This document shows, in pieces, positions 36,451 through 46,488 of a stretch of DNA of 64,000 bases (positions are counted from its first letter, which is position 1; the number at the start of each line of letters is the position of its first letter). Position numbers and translations under genes: made by a program. The DNA comes from a virus (Duplodnaviria; Caudoviricetes), in IMG/VR virus record IMGVR_UViG_3300020465_001196. One strand, given 5' to 3'. The notes under the pieces are model-generated. The model saw nothing but the letters and a program-made list of their open reading frames with translations. It was not told the origin of the DNA and did no database searches.

Positions 36451-37115
36451 TATTTTACTCCAGAACTATTAAATGTTAAATTAATTCCTAATTTTGGTCC
36501 TGCTTTATTACTAGTACAATGTATTCTTCTATTATCAAATGCAATAAATGATCCTGGCTCTAATGGATATGCCTTACCTGATAATCCAAAAAAGTTGTAT
36601 GCTCTGCCATGATTAGAAAGATGTTCTTCATATAGACTTTTATCAATTTCTTTATCAGTTTTATTAGTGATATCATAATCATATGGTCTTCCAGGAACTC
36701 CTTTATTATGTTTAAATGGATAAACTTCATCATCTAAACACCAAGTAAGTGATGATTCAAGATAACGTTGATTAAAAATTACTAACTGCGGAACTTCATC
36801 TCCTTCATATCGCAAAGGAACGTTAACATTTATATCTGCTGGATTTGTTGTAATGTTACTGCCACTTGCATGATAATCTGTATGAGGCCAATATAAATTT
36901 TTTGCATCAGTTTGATAAAAATTATAAGCATTAAGAATTGGTTTATGTCCAATACATTGTTTAATAATATTTAAAAATTCTGGTGTTTCGACAATAGTGT
37001 GTGTTACTTTTCTCATTCCATCATCTTCTGTTTGAGAACTGTCATATATCTCAATCATTTCATCAATAAATTTTTGAGATATAACATTTTTACGAATTTG
37101 AACACCTAATAACAT
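36450..37115 (-). CDS. Putative 2OG-Fe(II) oxygenase-like protein
   Basis: PHTD (HxD), NVNVPL, FDNRRIHCTS (distal His). Confidence 0.55.
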   Translation of the reverse strand: MLLGVQIRKNVISQKFIDEMIEIYDSSQTEDDGMRKVTHTIVETPEFLNIIKQCIGHKPILNAYNFYQTDAKNLYWPHTDYHASGSNITTNPADINVNVPLRYEGDEVPQLVIFNQRYLESSLTWCLDDEVYPFKHNKGVPGRPYDYDITNKTDKEIDKSLYEEHLSNHGRAYNFFGLSGKAYPLEPGSFIAFDNRRIHCTSNKAGPKLGINLTFNSSGVK

Positions 37116-37136
37116 TTTTCTTTCCTTATGATATAA

Positions 37137-38189
37137 TTATTTATTTTTACTACCAAACCGTTTTAGAATATTATTGTAAATTTTATCTTTGCTTTTTATA
37201 CTAACAATATCAGTTGGCAAACAATTTCCGTTATACTCACACACTTCTGCATTTTGTAATAAATCCCAATCTTCATTATACGCATTACCAAGTTTATGTA
37301 CATCATAACAAGCATAACCTCTAAACATAGTTCCATCAAAATCCATCGATACACTTGTATAACCTGAATTACAATAAAACTTATAATAGTTTCTTATATT
37401 ATGCACTACTGTTCTTAATTGATCAACTAGTTCATGTTTATTGCCTTCATCATCAACCCAAATAATTGCAGGTTTATGTTGATCATTATGAGCTTCTTTC
37501 ATATATTTGATCATTTCATCATCATACAAATTATCAACCATTGTATCGTTGTTATCTCTAATATGTTTTAAAACTATTGGTACACCTATTTGCCTAATAA
37601 TTTCACTTTGCTTTGCTTGTTCCCAAAACATTTCTTTTGTCATTACTAAATTTACACTTACATTAATATTATTTTCTTTAAGAAATTTTAACTTATCAAC
37701 ATAATCATTAAATTTTTTATCTGTATTAACAAATTCTTTGTGTAATGTTGTACTAATAGTAAAATCTATATCATGTTTTTTTATAATATCAACTAATTCT
37801 TTTAAAAAATCTAACTTTCTAGAAAGATTTGTAGTTACTGATATATGTGTACTAATATCATATTTTGTAGCACCTTTTATAATATCAATTATTTCAGGAT
37901 GCCATAATGGTTCACCTCCACTATATAAAAGATCTAAAATTTTTATATTTTCTGTTTTACAATGATCAACTATTTTTTGCTGTACTTTAGATAATACTTT
38001 CCAAGGAATATAATCCATTTTATCTTTTGAATTATATCCGTCCCAACAATATGAACATTTATAATTACAATAACGAATTATATTTGATGAAAATATAAAG
38101 AAAAACTTTTTGTTAAAAAAATCTCTATGACCTATTGTGTGCAACTGCTTCATCATTACCTTTACCAATCTCTTGTTTGTATGCATCAA
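37137..38189 (-). CDS. Radical SAM protein with C-terminal auxiliary-cluster (SPASM/twitch-like) Cys
   Basis: CNYKCSYC, SGGEP, TTNLS, CNSG...GYAC...C...C. Confidence 0.88.
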   Translation of the reverse strand: MMHTNKRLVKVMMKQLHTIGHRDFFNKKFFFIFSSNIIRYCNYKCSYCWDGYNSKDKMDYIPWKVLSKVQQKIVDHCKTENIKILDLLYSGGEPLWHPEIIDIIKGATKYDISTHISVTTNLSRKLDFLKELVDIIKKHDIDFTISTTLHKEFVNTDKKFNDYVDKLKFLKENNINVSVNLVMTKEMFWEQAKQSEIIRQIGVPIVLKHIRDNNDTMVDNLYDDEMIKYMKEAHNDQHKPAIIWVDDEGNKHELVDQLRTVVHNIRNYYKFYCNSGYTSVSMDFDGTMFRGYACYDVHKLGNAYNEDWDLLQNAEVCEYNGNCLPTDIVSIKSKDKIYNNILKRFGSKNK

Positions 38190-38526
38190 GTCCTACCTCA
38201 ATAGCATTTTTTTCTGGATCAGATAATGTACCAACCACTGGAGTAGTAGATTCAATATCAAAATCGATATTCATTACTATGTCAAGTGCTGTAAATAAAT
38301 CTTGTGTTTCGTCTGGTGTTAGATCTCTTGTGGTAGGCATATCGTATGCATGACGACCATCTTTAATATGATATAGTACGTCAGTTGGAGACTTATTAAC
38401 TCTTACATGAGCTCTTAATATTCCTTCAGGTACAACAAGCTCAACAGTTTTATATACAACTGCTACTGCTTCACTTGGTAGTTCTTGATCTACATACAAT
38501 CTTATGTGATGTTGGTATGGTCTCAT
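38125..38526 (-). CDS. Hypothetical phage protein
   Basis: Coupled ORF. Confidence 0.55.
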   Translation of the reverse strand: MRPYQHHIRLYVDQELPSEAVAVVYKTVELVVPEGILRAHVRVNKSPTDVLYHIKDGRHAYDMPTTRDLTPDETQDLFTALDIVMNIDFDIESTTPVVGTLSDPEKNAIEVGLDAYKQEIGKGNDEAVAHNRS

Positions 38527-38966
38527 TTTTTCTTGGTTCCGTTGATTATATCAATTGCTTTTTTATTAGCCAAAATTTGTGTATCTTGAACTTTGTCAAT
38601 AAGTGTTTTCATTTTTGTTGCTTTTTCTTCTTCAGTATCAACATGAAGATCTTTCTTAATAACTTTTTCTAATTTTAAGAAAGGTATTCTTTCATTTGGA
38701 ACATATCTCCAAGTATATCCTCTTTCTGAATATACTCCAAATACAGTTTGGCTTACACCAATTTTAACAATCATTGATAACTCACCATCTAGCAAAACTT
38801 CATCACCTTCTTTAAAAGCAGGATCATATTTAAATTTTAATCCTTTTGCTAATCCAGTAGCAAAATCTTTAAACCATATTGCTACTACCAAAGATATTAA
38901 AACTGCTATCCATGGTAATAGCATAGTTGATAAATCCATTGATAATGTGTTAAGATCCGGTGACAT
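38523..38966 (-). CDS. Small MscS-like membrane protein
   Basis: TM helix followed by FKEGDEVLLDG...IVKIG...RYVPN beta domain. Confidence 0.6.
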   Translation of the reverse strand: MSPDLNTLSMDLSTMLLPWIAVLISLVVAIWFKDFATGLAKGLKFKYDPAFKEGDEVLLDGELSMIVKIGVSQTVFGVYSERGYTWRYVPNERIPFLKLEKVIKKDLHVDTEEEKATKMKTLIDKVQDTQILANKKAIDIINGTKKK

Positions 38967-39250
38967 TAGCTAGATTTACTTCCTGTTTTTGTAGTTTCAA
39001 ATCTTACTTTTTTGCCTGATCCTGAATTTACATATAAACCAAACCAAGCCGCGCCAGCACCAACTATTACTGATACAAAGCCCGCCTGTGCATTGTTTGG
39101 ATTTTCTAATAACATAAACCAATTCATTGTTTGATAAAATACCACTGCATATAAGAATATTAACAATCTTGGAATCATTCTCCAATTGTCAAGCATTTCT
39201 GGTATTTCATACTTAATTGTATTCCACATGATAGAATCTCCTATTAACAT
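38966..39250 (-). CDS. Two-TM membrane protein
   Basis: WRMIPRLL, QAGFVSVIVGAGAAWFGLY. Confidence 0.65.
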   Translation of the reverse strand: MLIGDSIMWNTIKYEIPEMLDNWRMIPRLLIFLYAVVFYQTMNWFMLLENPNNAQAGFVSVIVGAGAAWFGLYVNSGSGKKVRFETTKTGSKSS

Positions 39251-39276
39251 TAATTTAATTATATTTATCCAGCCAA

Positions 39277-39315
39277 GAAAAAAGGTGCCAGAGTATCATT
39301 TACTTGACACCTTTT
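39277..39315 (-). terminator. Intrinsic terminator
   Basis: AAAAGGUGUCA...UGGCACCUUUUUU hairpin plus U-tract after the 39339 ORF. Confidence 0.65.
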
Positions 39316-39338
39316 AACTTCACGATATAATACGGAAT

Positions 39339-39563
39339 TTATTTTTTAGTAAAGATCCACCAAAGAACCCATAGAGCAACAAGGCCTACAAGCCCTTGGC
39401 TACCAATTTGATTTACAATGTTAATGATATTAGCAACTACGTCTAGGTCATAAAAACCAATTAATTTGTCGCCAAATAGTACTTGTAATACAACACCAAA
39501 TGAAATTAACGTGATTCCTACTTCAGTTAACTTCCTAACACCATTTATAACTTTATCCCACAT
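39339..39563 (-). CDS. Small two-helix membrane protein, paralog of 25009..25236
   Basis: GVVLQVLFG...DVVANIINIVNQIGSQGLVGLVA; AAGGAG RBS. Confidence 0.75.
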   Translation of the reverse strand: MWDKVINGVRKLTEVGITLISFGVVLQVLFGDKLIGFYDLDVVANIINIVNQIGSQGLVGLVALWVLWWIFTKK

Positions 39564-39609
39564 AAGTAATCTCCTTAATATGTAGTTGAGTTAATCAACT
39601 CGCTTTTAT

Positions 39610-39701
39610 TTAAGGCCTAGTTATTAGATGGTTAAACACCCATTTAAATGATGTAGTGTTTGTGATAAATGTAACCTTAAACACTACTGTAGGGCCCTTA
39701 A
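39610..39701 (-). other. Predicted three-way-junction structure in the leader of the 39339 gene
   Basis: Closing stem UUAAGG-CC-UA/UAGGCCUUAA, 9-bp GUAGUGUUU/AAACACUAC hairpin, AUGG/CCAU hairpin. Confidence 0.4.
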
Positions 39702-39801
39702 AATAGGATTAAGACACCAATATAACGTTATTTTATCATATAAGTTATTGATATTATGTACTAAAATATGTGTATAAATTGGCCAAAGTTGACCTAGTTG
39801 A

Positions 39802-41223
39802 TTATACTGTATCTGAATCAGTTACAGAACCATATTCTGTTTCTGTAGCATCTGTATCTGTAATACTACCATAGTTAACGTTAGATACTTTCGATGTATC
39901 TGTAATAGCACCATAATCACGTTCATCACCAGTTGGAGTAGAGTGTCCAAGTTTAACCCAACTTACTCCATTGTAGCCTTCAAAATAATCTATATCAGTA
40001 TTAAACCTAATCATGCCCGTTGCTGGAGTTCCAGGTCTTTGTGCTGTAGTTCCAACTGGCATTGTAATAGCACCTGTGTTAGAATCTTTAGTTACAACAG
40101 TACCTGAATCATCTGGTAATGTAATTGTTCTATCTGCTGTTGGATCTGTAATTGCTATCGTTGTTTCATATGCATTTGATGTATCACCTTCAAACTTAAG
40201 ATTACCACCTGTACCAACATATAAACTTGTACCGTTTAATAGTTGGAATTGATCACTTCTAAATCTACCTGATATATTTTGTGAGCCAGCTTTTATAAAA
40301 GCATACTCTAGCATACCATCTTCTGAACCATCAGAAGCATCTAAAATTTTACCAGTTATTTTAGCATAGGTAATTTCTTGATCGTTATCGTTTTCCCCTT
40401 GAAATTTAATTTGACCCATGTAATCAGCATCTGCTGGGCTTGAACTATTTCTTTTTAGTGCAATAACTGGTCCTGCTGTGCTTGAATCTTCTGTAGTTGT
40501 TATTAGTAATGCATCACTAGTTGATGTAGTTGTAATTTCTGCACCTGTTGATGTAGTTTTAAATTTTTCTGTACCGTAATGATATAATTTTACTTCACCA
40601 GTTGAACCATCTGCCAAAATGTAGTTGGCTGTTCCGCCACTGCCGTCATCTGAAGTTATTTTGACATCTTTATCATTAGCATAAGTTCTGATATGTATAT
40701 CACCAGTTGTTTCGTTGATGTTTAGATCACTACCTGTGTGTTTAATATTAGCATCTTCATCAGTACCTAATTTTAATTCTGCACTATCATTAAGAGTAAT
40801 AGTTTTATTTGTAAGTGTTTGTGTAGTATCTGTACCTACTAATGTTGTCGTAGCATTTGGTATAGTAACTGTTCTATCTGCTGTTGGATCTTCAACTGTA
40901 AGTATTGTTTCATGTGCATCTGATGTAGCACCTTCAAATCTAAGAGAATTTTGTACATCAATAGTACTTGAATTTACTGTAGTTGTTGTACCTTGTACTG
41001 TTAAGTCACCAGTTACTACTAAATCTGATGCTGTTGTTATCCCTGACCATGAACCTGAAGATCTAAATTTTAGTGTACCGTTTGTTGTATCAAACCAAAC
41101 ATCGCCATTCTCTACTGAGTATGATCCAGATGGATCTGACGCACCCTGGAATAGGGTAGACCCACTTTTTCCGATCTTAAAATAAGGGTTTGAAGTCCCT
41201 TTTAAGTTATATGTTACTGCCAC
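39802..41223 (-). CDS. Virion structural / tail-fibre-like protein
   Basis: GTG start; T/G/D/S-rich beta repeats; twice-repeated xET.....DPTADRT.T.P; GTTAQRP...GMIRFN. Confidence 0.75.
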   Translation of the reverse strand: MAVTYNLKGTSNPYFKIGKSGSTLFQGASDPSGSYSVENGDVWFDTTNGTLKFRSSGSWSGITTASDLVVTGDLTVQGTTTTVNSSTIDVQNSLRFEGATSDAHETILTVEDPTADRTVTIPNATTTLVGTDTTQTLTNKTITLNDSAELKLGTDEDANIKHTGSDLNINETTGDIHIRTYANDKDVKITSDDGSGGTANYILADGSTGEVKLYHYGTEKFKTTSTGAEITTTSTSDALLITTTEDSSTAGPVIALKRNSSSPADADYMGQIKFQGENDNDQEITYAKITGKILDASDGSEDGMLEYAFIKAGSQNISGRFRSDQFQLLNGTSLYVGTGGNLKFEGDTSNAYETTIAITDPTADRTITLPDDSGTVVTKDSNTGAITMPVGTTAQRPGTPATGMIRFNTDIDYFEGYNGVSWVKLGHSTPTGDERDYGAITDTSKVSNVNYGSITDTDATETEYGSVTDSDTV

Positions 41224-41231
41224 GTTACTCT

Positions 41232-41286
41232 CTCCATGTCAGCCCAAACAATTTTGAACCGTCCGGGCTTTAGCCCAAGTCATAGA
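41232..41286 (-). promoter_or_regulatory. Structured 5' leader with alternative hairpins over the RBS
   Basis: Two UUGGGCU copies compete for AGCCC; outer UCUAUG/CAUGGA stem overlaps the SD. Confidence 0.45.
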
Positions 41287-41336
41287 AATATATGTACTTT
41301 TTAATATTTATGCTTTTTGGAATTATATGGGTATTT

Positions 41337-41582
41337 TTACAAGCCCAATTCGTAACGTAAACGCCATCTTTCTAACAATAATTTGTCATATTTGTCGCTG
41401 TTTCTGTATTCTGGCTCAAAAACAATATCTGCTAGTTCTTTATCTATTTGTGATAATCTTTTTGCTTTAGAATTTGGTGATAAACTACGTACTTTATTAT
41501 ATGTGTTATCTTGTGAATAATGAGATTTCCTATGATCATTAGGACGTTGCTTATGCTTTTTATACTGCTTTTTTCTAAACAT
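41337..41582 (-). CDS. Hypothetical basic protein
   Basis: ORF after tRNA-Asn. Confidence 0.5.
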   Translation of the reverse strand: MFRKKQYKKHKQRPNDHRKSHYSQDNTYNKVRSLSPNSKAKRLSQIDKELADIVFEPEYRNSDKYDKLLLERWRLRYELGL

Positions 41583-41595
41583 AGTTTTGTGCTTC

Positions 41596-41671
41596 TGGCT
41601 CCGCAGGCAGGACTCGAACCTGCGACCAATTGATTAACAGTCAACTGCTCTACCAACTGAGCTACTGCGGA
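41596..41671 (-). tRNA. trnN: tRNA-Asn(GUU)
   Basis: UCCGCAG acceptor, anticodon arm GUUGA-CUGUUAA-UCAAU, CCA. Confidence 0.96.
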
Positions 41672-41952
41672 ATAATATGGGCTTCTACTTTGTGTGTGTC
41701 TTCGTCATAAAGTACATCTATTCTCTTGCCCGTTTTTTTATGAACTACAAATGGATATAAACGATAAATTTTATCTTCTAAAATAATGTCCGCATCACCG
41801 TAATAAGAATCAATCAATTCCATTTTTTGTAATTCTTCGTCTATTGAGTCACGACATCTTCTTTGTCGTAATAACAAAGTTATATCAATAATTTCTAAGT
41901 CGTTTTCTGCTTTGCTTTTAATAGACATAATTGTACCTTTGAAAGTGTACAA
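41662..41952 (-). CDS. Hypothetical protein
   Basis: ORF whose last 10 nt overlap the tRNA-Asn 5' end. Confidence 0.5.
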   Translation of the reverse strand: MYTFKGTIMSIKSKAENDLEIIDITLLLRQRRCRDSIDEELQKMELIDSYYGDADIILEDKIYRLYPFVVHKKTGKRIDVLYDEDTHKVEAHIIPQ

Positions 41953-41969
41953 TTATTTAGCAAATTTTT

Positions 41970-42905
41970 TTAAGAAAAGAGAGTACTTACTGATTCTTCG
42001 TTACTTACACGTCTAATTGCTTCTCCAAATAATTTATTAACAGATACTTGTCTAATTTTTGTAATATCAGTTGGACAACGATATTCAATTGAATCTGATA
42101 TAACAACTTCAGTTAATTGACTGTTTTGTATTTTTGTACAAGCATCATTTGTTAAAACTCCATGTGTAATATAAGCACGAACACTTACCGCACCTTTGGC
42201 CAATAATATTTTTGCCGCATTACAAAGTGTGCCGCCTGAATCAACCATGTCATCAACAAGTATTGCGTGTTTGTCTTTTACATTACCAATTACGTGCATA
42301 GCCTCACTTACACCTGGCCTTGATCTTCTTTTATCAACAATAGCAATCATTCCACTAAAACCATCTGCAAATTTTCTTGCTCTTACAACTCCACCTGCAT
42401 CAGGAGAAACAAAAACTGTTTTTGTTGCTTCATCACGTAAATTCTTTTTTATATCTTTTGTAAAGATCAATCTTGATGTTAAATCATCAACTGGTATATC
42501 AAAAAATCCTTGTATCTGTCCAGCATGAAGATCCATTGTTAAAATTCTATCTGCACCTGCTTCAGTAATTAAATTAGCAACTAGTTTGGCAGTAATAGGA
42601 GTACGACTTGATGTTTTACGATCTTGTCTTGCATATCCAAAATATGGCATTACTGCCGTAATCCTTTGTGCTGATGATCTTTTTAATGTATCAATCATAA
42701 TTAATAATTCCATTAAATTATTATTAACTGGTGCACTTGTTGATTGAATTACAAAACAATCTTCTCCTCGAACATTCTCTAATAATTCAATCGAACATTC
42801 ACCATCTGCAAACGTTCCAATTTTAGCCGGAACAATTTTTGTAAAGCAATGTTCGGCAATTGATTCAGCTAATTGTAAATTAGACTGACCAGCAATTATT
42901 TTCAT
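41970..42905 (-). CDS. prs: Ribose-phosphate pyrophosphokinase
   Basis: [43 protein letters not shown]. Confidence 0.97.
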   Translation of the reverse strand: MKIIAGQSNLQLAESIAEHCFTKIVPAKIGTFADGECSIELLENVRGEDCFVIQSTSAPVNNNLMELLIMIDTLKRSSAQRITAVMPYFGYARQDRKTSSRTPITAKLVANLITEAGADRILTMDLHAGQIQGFFDIPVDDLTSRLIFTKDIKKNLRDEATKTVFVSPDAGGVVRARKFADGFSGMIAIVDKRRSRPGVSEAMHVIGNVKDKHAILVDDMVDSGGTLCNAAKILLAKGAVSVRAYITHGVLTNDACTKIQNSQLTEVVISDSIEYRCPTDITKIRQVSVNKLFGEAIRRVSNEESVSTLFS

Positions 42906-42918
42906 TTTTCCCCCTGTA

Positions 42919-43971
42919 TTATTTTACTGTATAACTTTCATAAACTTTGTTTATGTTGTTATAAGTGGTTACAAAACTTGCACACTTGGGCATATCTTTT
43001 AATCTTCTAGCACCAATGTATGTACAAGCACTCCTTACCCCGCCTAAAACATCTTCTACTGTTTCTTTTACTGGTCCTCTGTATGGTAAAGAAATTAATC
43101 TTCCTTCATTACCACGATAACCGTCTTTTCTTTTGCCATGTACTTCTCTTGCACGGTCTGAACTCATTCCATAAAATTCAATCTTTCCGTTATTAACTTT
43201 TTGTTCTGATTCATCATGTCCTGCTAACATTCCGCCTATCATTACCATATGTGCACCTGCACCAAATGCCTTTGCAATATCTCCAGGATGTACACAACCA
43301 CCATCTGCCATTATGTGTCCATCAACACCGTTGGCCGCATCTGCACAATCAAGTATTGCACTAAATTGTGGTACACCAACACCTGTCATTGTTCTTGTAG
43401 TACAAACTGATCCAGGACCAATACCAATCTTAACAACATCAGCACCATTTATAATAAGTTCTTCTGTCATTTCTGGTGTTACTACGTTACCTGCTACAAT
43501 AACTTTATCTGGATATTCTTCTCTTACTTTTGCAACAAAGCCTACCATATTTTGATGATACGCATTAGCAACATCAATTGTAATCATTTTAATATCAGGA
43601 AACATTTTTAAAACTTCTTGCATATTACGATAATCTTCTGCATCGTCATCAAATACCTTATTTGTTCCTGTACATACAGATACACTTTGTAATCTAACTC
43701 CGTTGCCTACTGCTTGTTTCCATTGTTCTGGTGTAGTAGTTTTTGTAATAACAGTCATCATTTTATATTCTTGTAATACTTTAGCCATACTAAATGTACC
43801 AACTCCATCCATATTACTTGCAAATATAGGAGTAAAGTTCATTACTTTACCTGAATTTCTAAATGTAAATTTCCTAGTCATATCTACATCTCTACGAGAT
43901 GTAAGTGTAGAACGTTTTGGTTGTAGCAAAACATCTTCAAAATTTAATTTTGTTTCGTAATTAATTCTCAT
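42919..43971 (-). CDS. guaC: GMP reductase
   Basis: [62 protein letters not shown]. Confidence 0.93.
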   Translation of the reverse strand: MRINYETKLNFEDVLLQPKRSTLTSRRDVDMTRKFTFRNSGKVMNFTPIFASNMDGVGTFSMAKVLQEYKMMTVITKTTTPEQWKQAVGNGVRLQSVSVCTGTNKVFDDDAEDYRNMQEVLKMFPDIKMITIDVANAYHQNMVGFVAKVREEYPDKVIVAGNVVTPEMTEELIINGADVVKIGIGPGSVCTTRTMTGVGVPQFSAILDCADAANGVDGHIMADGGCVHPGDIAKAFGAGAHMVMIGGMLAGHDESEQKVNNGKIEFYGMSSDRAREVHGKRKDGYRGNEGRLISLPYRGPVKETVEDVLGGVRSACTYIGARRLKDMPKCASFVTTYNNINKVYESYTVK

Positions 43972-44972
43972 TATTTTAACTTCTTTAATATCTCTGGTCC
44001 AAAAACTTCATCAACTAGCATTGTATATACCCATGGATGAAAATGAACTTTGTCTGAATGCATTTTTTTTATTTCTTCATCAACATTACCGCCTTTTGAT
44101 TCAGCTTTTTTGTATGCCCATTTTTTTACTGACCAATCCATTTTACCTGCCATCCAATAATCTGGTTTATCAATAATTGGTTGGTATGTTTCTTTCCATA
44201 TAAAATGATCTAGCCAATGATGTCTATTTACGTGTGAGTGTAAACAGAATTTAACATTTAGCATTTTTAAAGTATTAATAATATTCATTAAGTTAGCAAG
44301 ATAACAAGATATTTCAAAATCACTTTGATCTATAAACACAGAATGGAAATAACAATAAGCCAACATTGCTTTAAAATTATCATCATTACGTCCTAATGCT
44401 GTATATAGTTCATTAAATTTTTTCTTAACATTATCTCTTTCATGATCACCTAAACTAGCACTTTCATAAAATTCTTGTACTGCTCTACCTGTTTCGCCTT
44501 TAAAAAATTCTTTAATTTTTACAGTAGTGTCTGCACCATGATAAAAGTCTACTGCTTCACCTTTTGAAATACTTTTTCTGTTGGGCCAATTATACTGTTC
44601 ACCTCTTTCCCAATCTTGTGTTAATACTCTTTGCCTTGCATATATTGGATGATACGGTTCTTTGTTTCTACCACCATGCTTTTGTATATAATGTCCTGTA
44701 ATTGCACTTGATATTTCAATATCAACTTTATCTGTGTCAGGTACTTCAATAACAAACATATCTGGTTTATATTCATTATAAAAATTTATAATTTTAGTTG
44801 GATAAAAGAAAGATGAAAAAGAACTTTCACCTCCGTTGTAAACATAATTGTCTACACCGTTATCTTTAAGATACTTACTTAACTGTCCTGGCCAGCCTTC
44901 TTCAAATGTATAATTTCTTTCATTTGCACCACCATATGTATGACTTGTTCCTAAACAAACTATTTTTTTCAT
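43971..44972 (-). CDS. SGNH/GDSL hydrolase-like protein
   Basis: CLGTSHTYG block I and C-terminal DKVH (DxxH). Confidence 0.6.
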   Translation of the reverse strand: MKKIVCLGTSHTYGGANERNYTFEEGWPGQLSKYLKDNGVDNYVYNGGESSFSSFFYPTKIINFYNEYKPDMFVIEVPDTDKVDIEISSAITGHYIQKHGGRNKEPYHPIYARQRVLTQDWERGEQYNWPNRKSISKGEAVDFYHGADTTVKIKEFFKGETGRAVQEFYESASLGDHERDNVKKKFNELYTALGRNDDNFKAMLAYCYFHSVFIDQSDFEISCYLANLMNIINTLKMLNVKFCLHSHVNRHHWLDHFIWKETYQPIIDKPDYWMAGKMDWSVKKWAYKKAESKGGNVDEEIKKMHSDKVHFHPWVYTMLVDEVFGPEILKKLK

Positions 44973-45223
44973 TCTTCATTCCTTGTTGTTAATACACAAT
45001 TTAATTTTGGACCTTTTATTAACAATTGTTTGTCTCCAGTGTCCTCTTTTAAAACTTCTAATATTGTATGTCCAGGAAATATATCATCTAACATAATTCT
45101 TGCTTGATCAATATCGCACTTTAGCAAGTCTCCAAGATCAAAACCTTTTAACTTTTTTAAATGTTTTCTTGTTGCTTTCACTTGCTTACGTACATCATCT
45201 AGGTTAACAATATCGTCTTTCAT
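44969..45223 (-). CDS. Hypothetical protein
   Basis: Coupled ORF; TAAATA upstream. Confidence 0.5.
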   Translation of the reverse strand: MKDDIVNLDDVRKQVKATRKHLKKLKGFDLGDLLKCDIDQARIMLDDIFPGHTILEVLKEDTGDKQLLIKGPKLNCVLTTRNEE

Positions 45224-45270
45224 ATATGTATTTAATAGTACAATAATTTTTGTAAAAAATCAATAACTTT

Positions 45271-45519
45271 TTATTCATTCCAAAGTCTCCATTTTGGATC
45301 TTTTGGTACCCAACCCCATGGAATAGGCCTATCAAAATCTTCTTCATCCATATCTGCCCACATTCTTTCAAACATTTTATCAATATTGACTTCTTCTTCA
45401 TCATCAAATTGTTCTATTAAATGACTTATTCTTTCTCTTAATTTTTCTTTATTATATTCTCTAAGACGCTGGTAATCGTAATATTCTTTTAAATTACGAT
45501 ATTCCTGCTTAGAAATCAT
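45271..45519 (-). CDS. Hypothetical phage protein
   Basis: Coupled ORF; C-terminal WVPK...WR. Confidence 0.6.
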   Translation of the reverse strand: MISKQEYRNLKEYYDYQRLREYNKEKLRERISHLIEQFDDEEEVNIDKMFERMWADMDEEDFDRPIPWGWVPKDPKWRLWNE

Positions 45520-45782
45520 TATAATTTATGATTAGACTTAAATTCCTGTATAGCATCAATAAATGGACTTTCTAATCCATACTGTTTAGATACTGCGGCA
45601 TGAATAAATTTAAATGCTATTGCAAGGTCTTGTTGGAATTCTGAATCATCAATAGGAAAATTACATTTATGCATTTCATGAAGTAACCCTTTGAATCCAT
45701 ATTGGCATACTGACTCAGCGGCATCCAGTTTTTGTCTATTATGCTTTTGTCTTGCTCTTTTTAAATTAATTACATTATCCAT
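45519..45782 (-). CDS. Hypothetical protein
   Basis: Coupled ORF. Confidence 0.55.
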   Translation of the reverse strand: MDNVINLKRARQKHNRQKLDAAESVCQYGFKGLLHEMHKCNFPIDDSEFQQDLAIAFKFIHAAVSKQYGLESPFIDAIQEFKSNHKL

Positions 45783-45948
45783 TATTACCTGCTTGTTTTA
45801 ATATTTTAATTGAATCATTTATATTATACAACTCTTCTTCGAGTGATTCAACCATTTTTTGACTTGAAGAAAATTCTATTTGCGATTCTATATCCTGCCT
45901 TTCAGAATATAATAAATCTAATCTAGATTGTAGTTCTTGTTTATTCAT
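45775..45948 (-). CDS. Small coiled-coil protein (57 aa, not in ORF track)
   Basis: MNKQELQSRLDLLYSE...KQAGNNG; GGAGA RBS. Confidence 0.55.
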   Translation of the reverse strand: MNKQELQSRLDLLYSERQDIESQIEFSSSQKMVESLEEELYNINDSIKILKQAGNNG

Positions 45949-46114
45949 CGTCTTCTCCTTTTATTTTATGAAAAATTTTTCCTTTTTCAATAAGATGTAA
46001 TTCTTCATCAATTTTTTTAATTTCGTCTTGTAAATGATTTATGTTTTCCATTAAGCCAAGTTTCTTTCCTAATAATGACATTACTTCTGAATGATCTTTT
46101 ATATTAGTTTTCAT
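45941..46114 (-). CDS. Small coiled-coil protein (57 aa, not in ORF track)
   Basis: MKTNIKDHSE...KIKGEDDE; ATGA coupling. Confidence 0.55.
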   Translation of the reverse strand: MKTNIKDHSEVMSLLGKKLGLMENINHLQDEIKKIDEELHLIEKGKIFHKIKGEDDE

Positions 46115-46488
46115 TCGTGTTCTCCTCCTGGATCACCTTCTGGTAATTTTACTTTATATGGATTGCCAAATTTGTCCCTGTATATTACAAACTCTCTAGC
46201 TCTATTATAACTATGATATCCTTCTTGGAATTTGTATCTTGCTTTCTTTACATTATGGAATTGTTTAAATGTAAAATATACTGCAAATACAACTGCAATA
46301 TGACCTACAACTAATCCAGTCCAGATATCTGGTCTCATCATTCCCCAAATATATAATGTAAAGGCAGTAGACCAAACAAAACTTAATACCGTTAGCACTT
46401 GTAATCTAACTGTTTTTGGTAATGCCCTAAGATCGTTCTTTGTATCATCAAACAGTACTGTTGCTGTTGACATCATCCATTGTTTCAT
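46111..46488 (-). CDS. Membrane protein
   Basis: Two TM segments; QVLTVLSFVWSTAF. Confidence 0.65.
   Translation of the reverse strand: MKQWMMSTATVLFDDTKNDLRALPKTVRLQVLTVLSFVWSTAFTLYIWGMMRPDIWTGLVVGHIAVVFAVYFTFKQFHNVKKARYKFQEGYHSYNRAREFVIYRDKFGNPYKVKLPEGDPGGEHE

Noticed and set aside
41444-41656. 70-aa ORF starting MVEQLTVNQLVAGSSPACGA
   Set aside because: It is a translation of tRNA-Asn overlapping another ORF; no protein-like flanks, unlike the tRNA-Trp case
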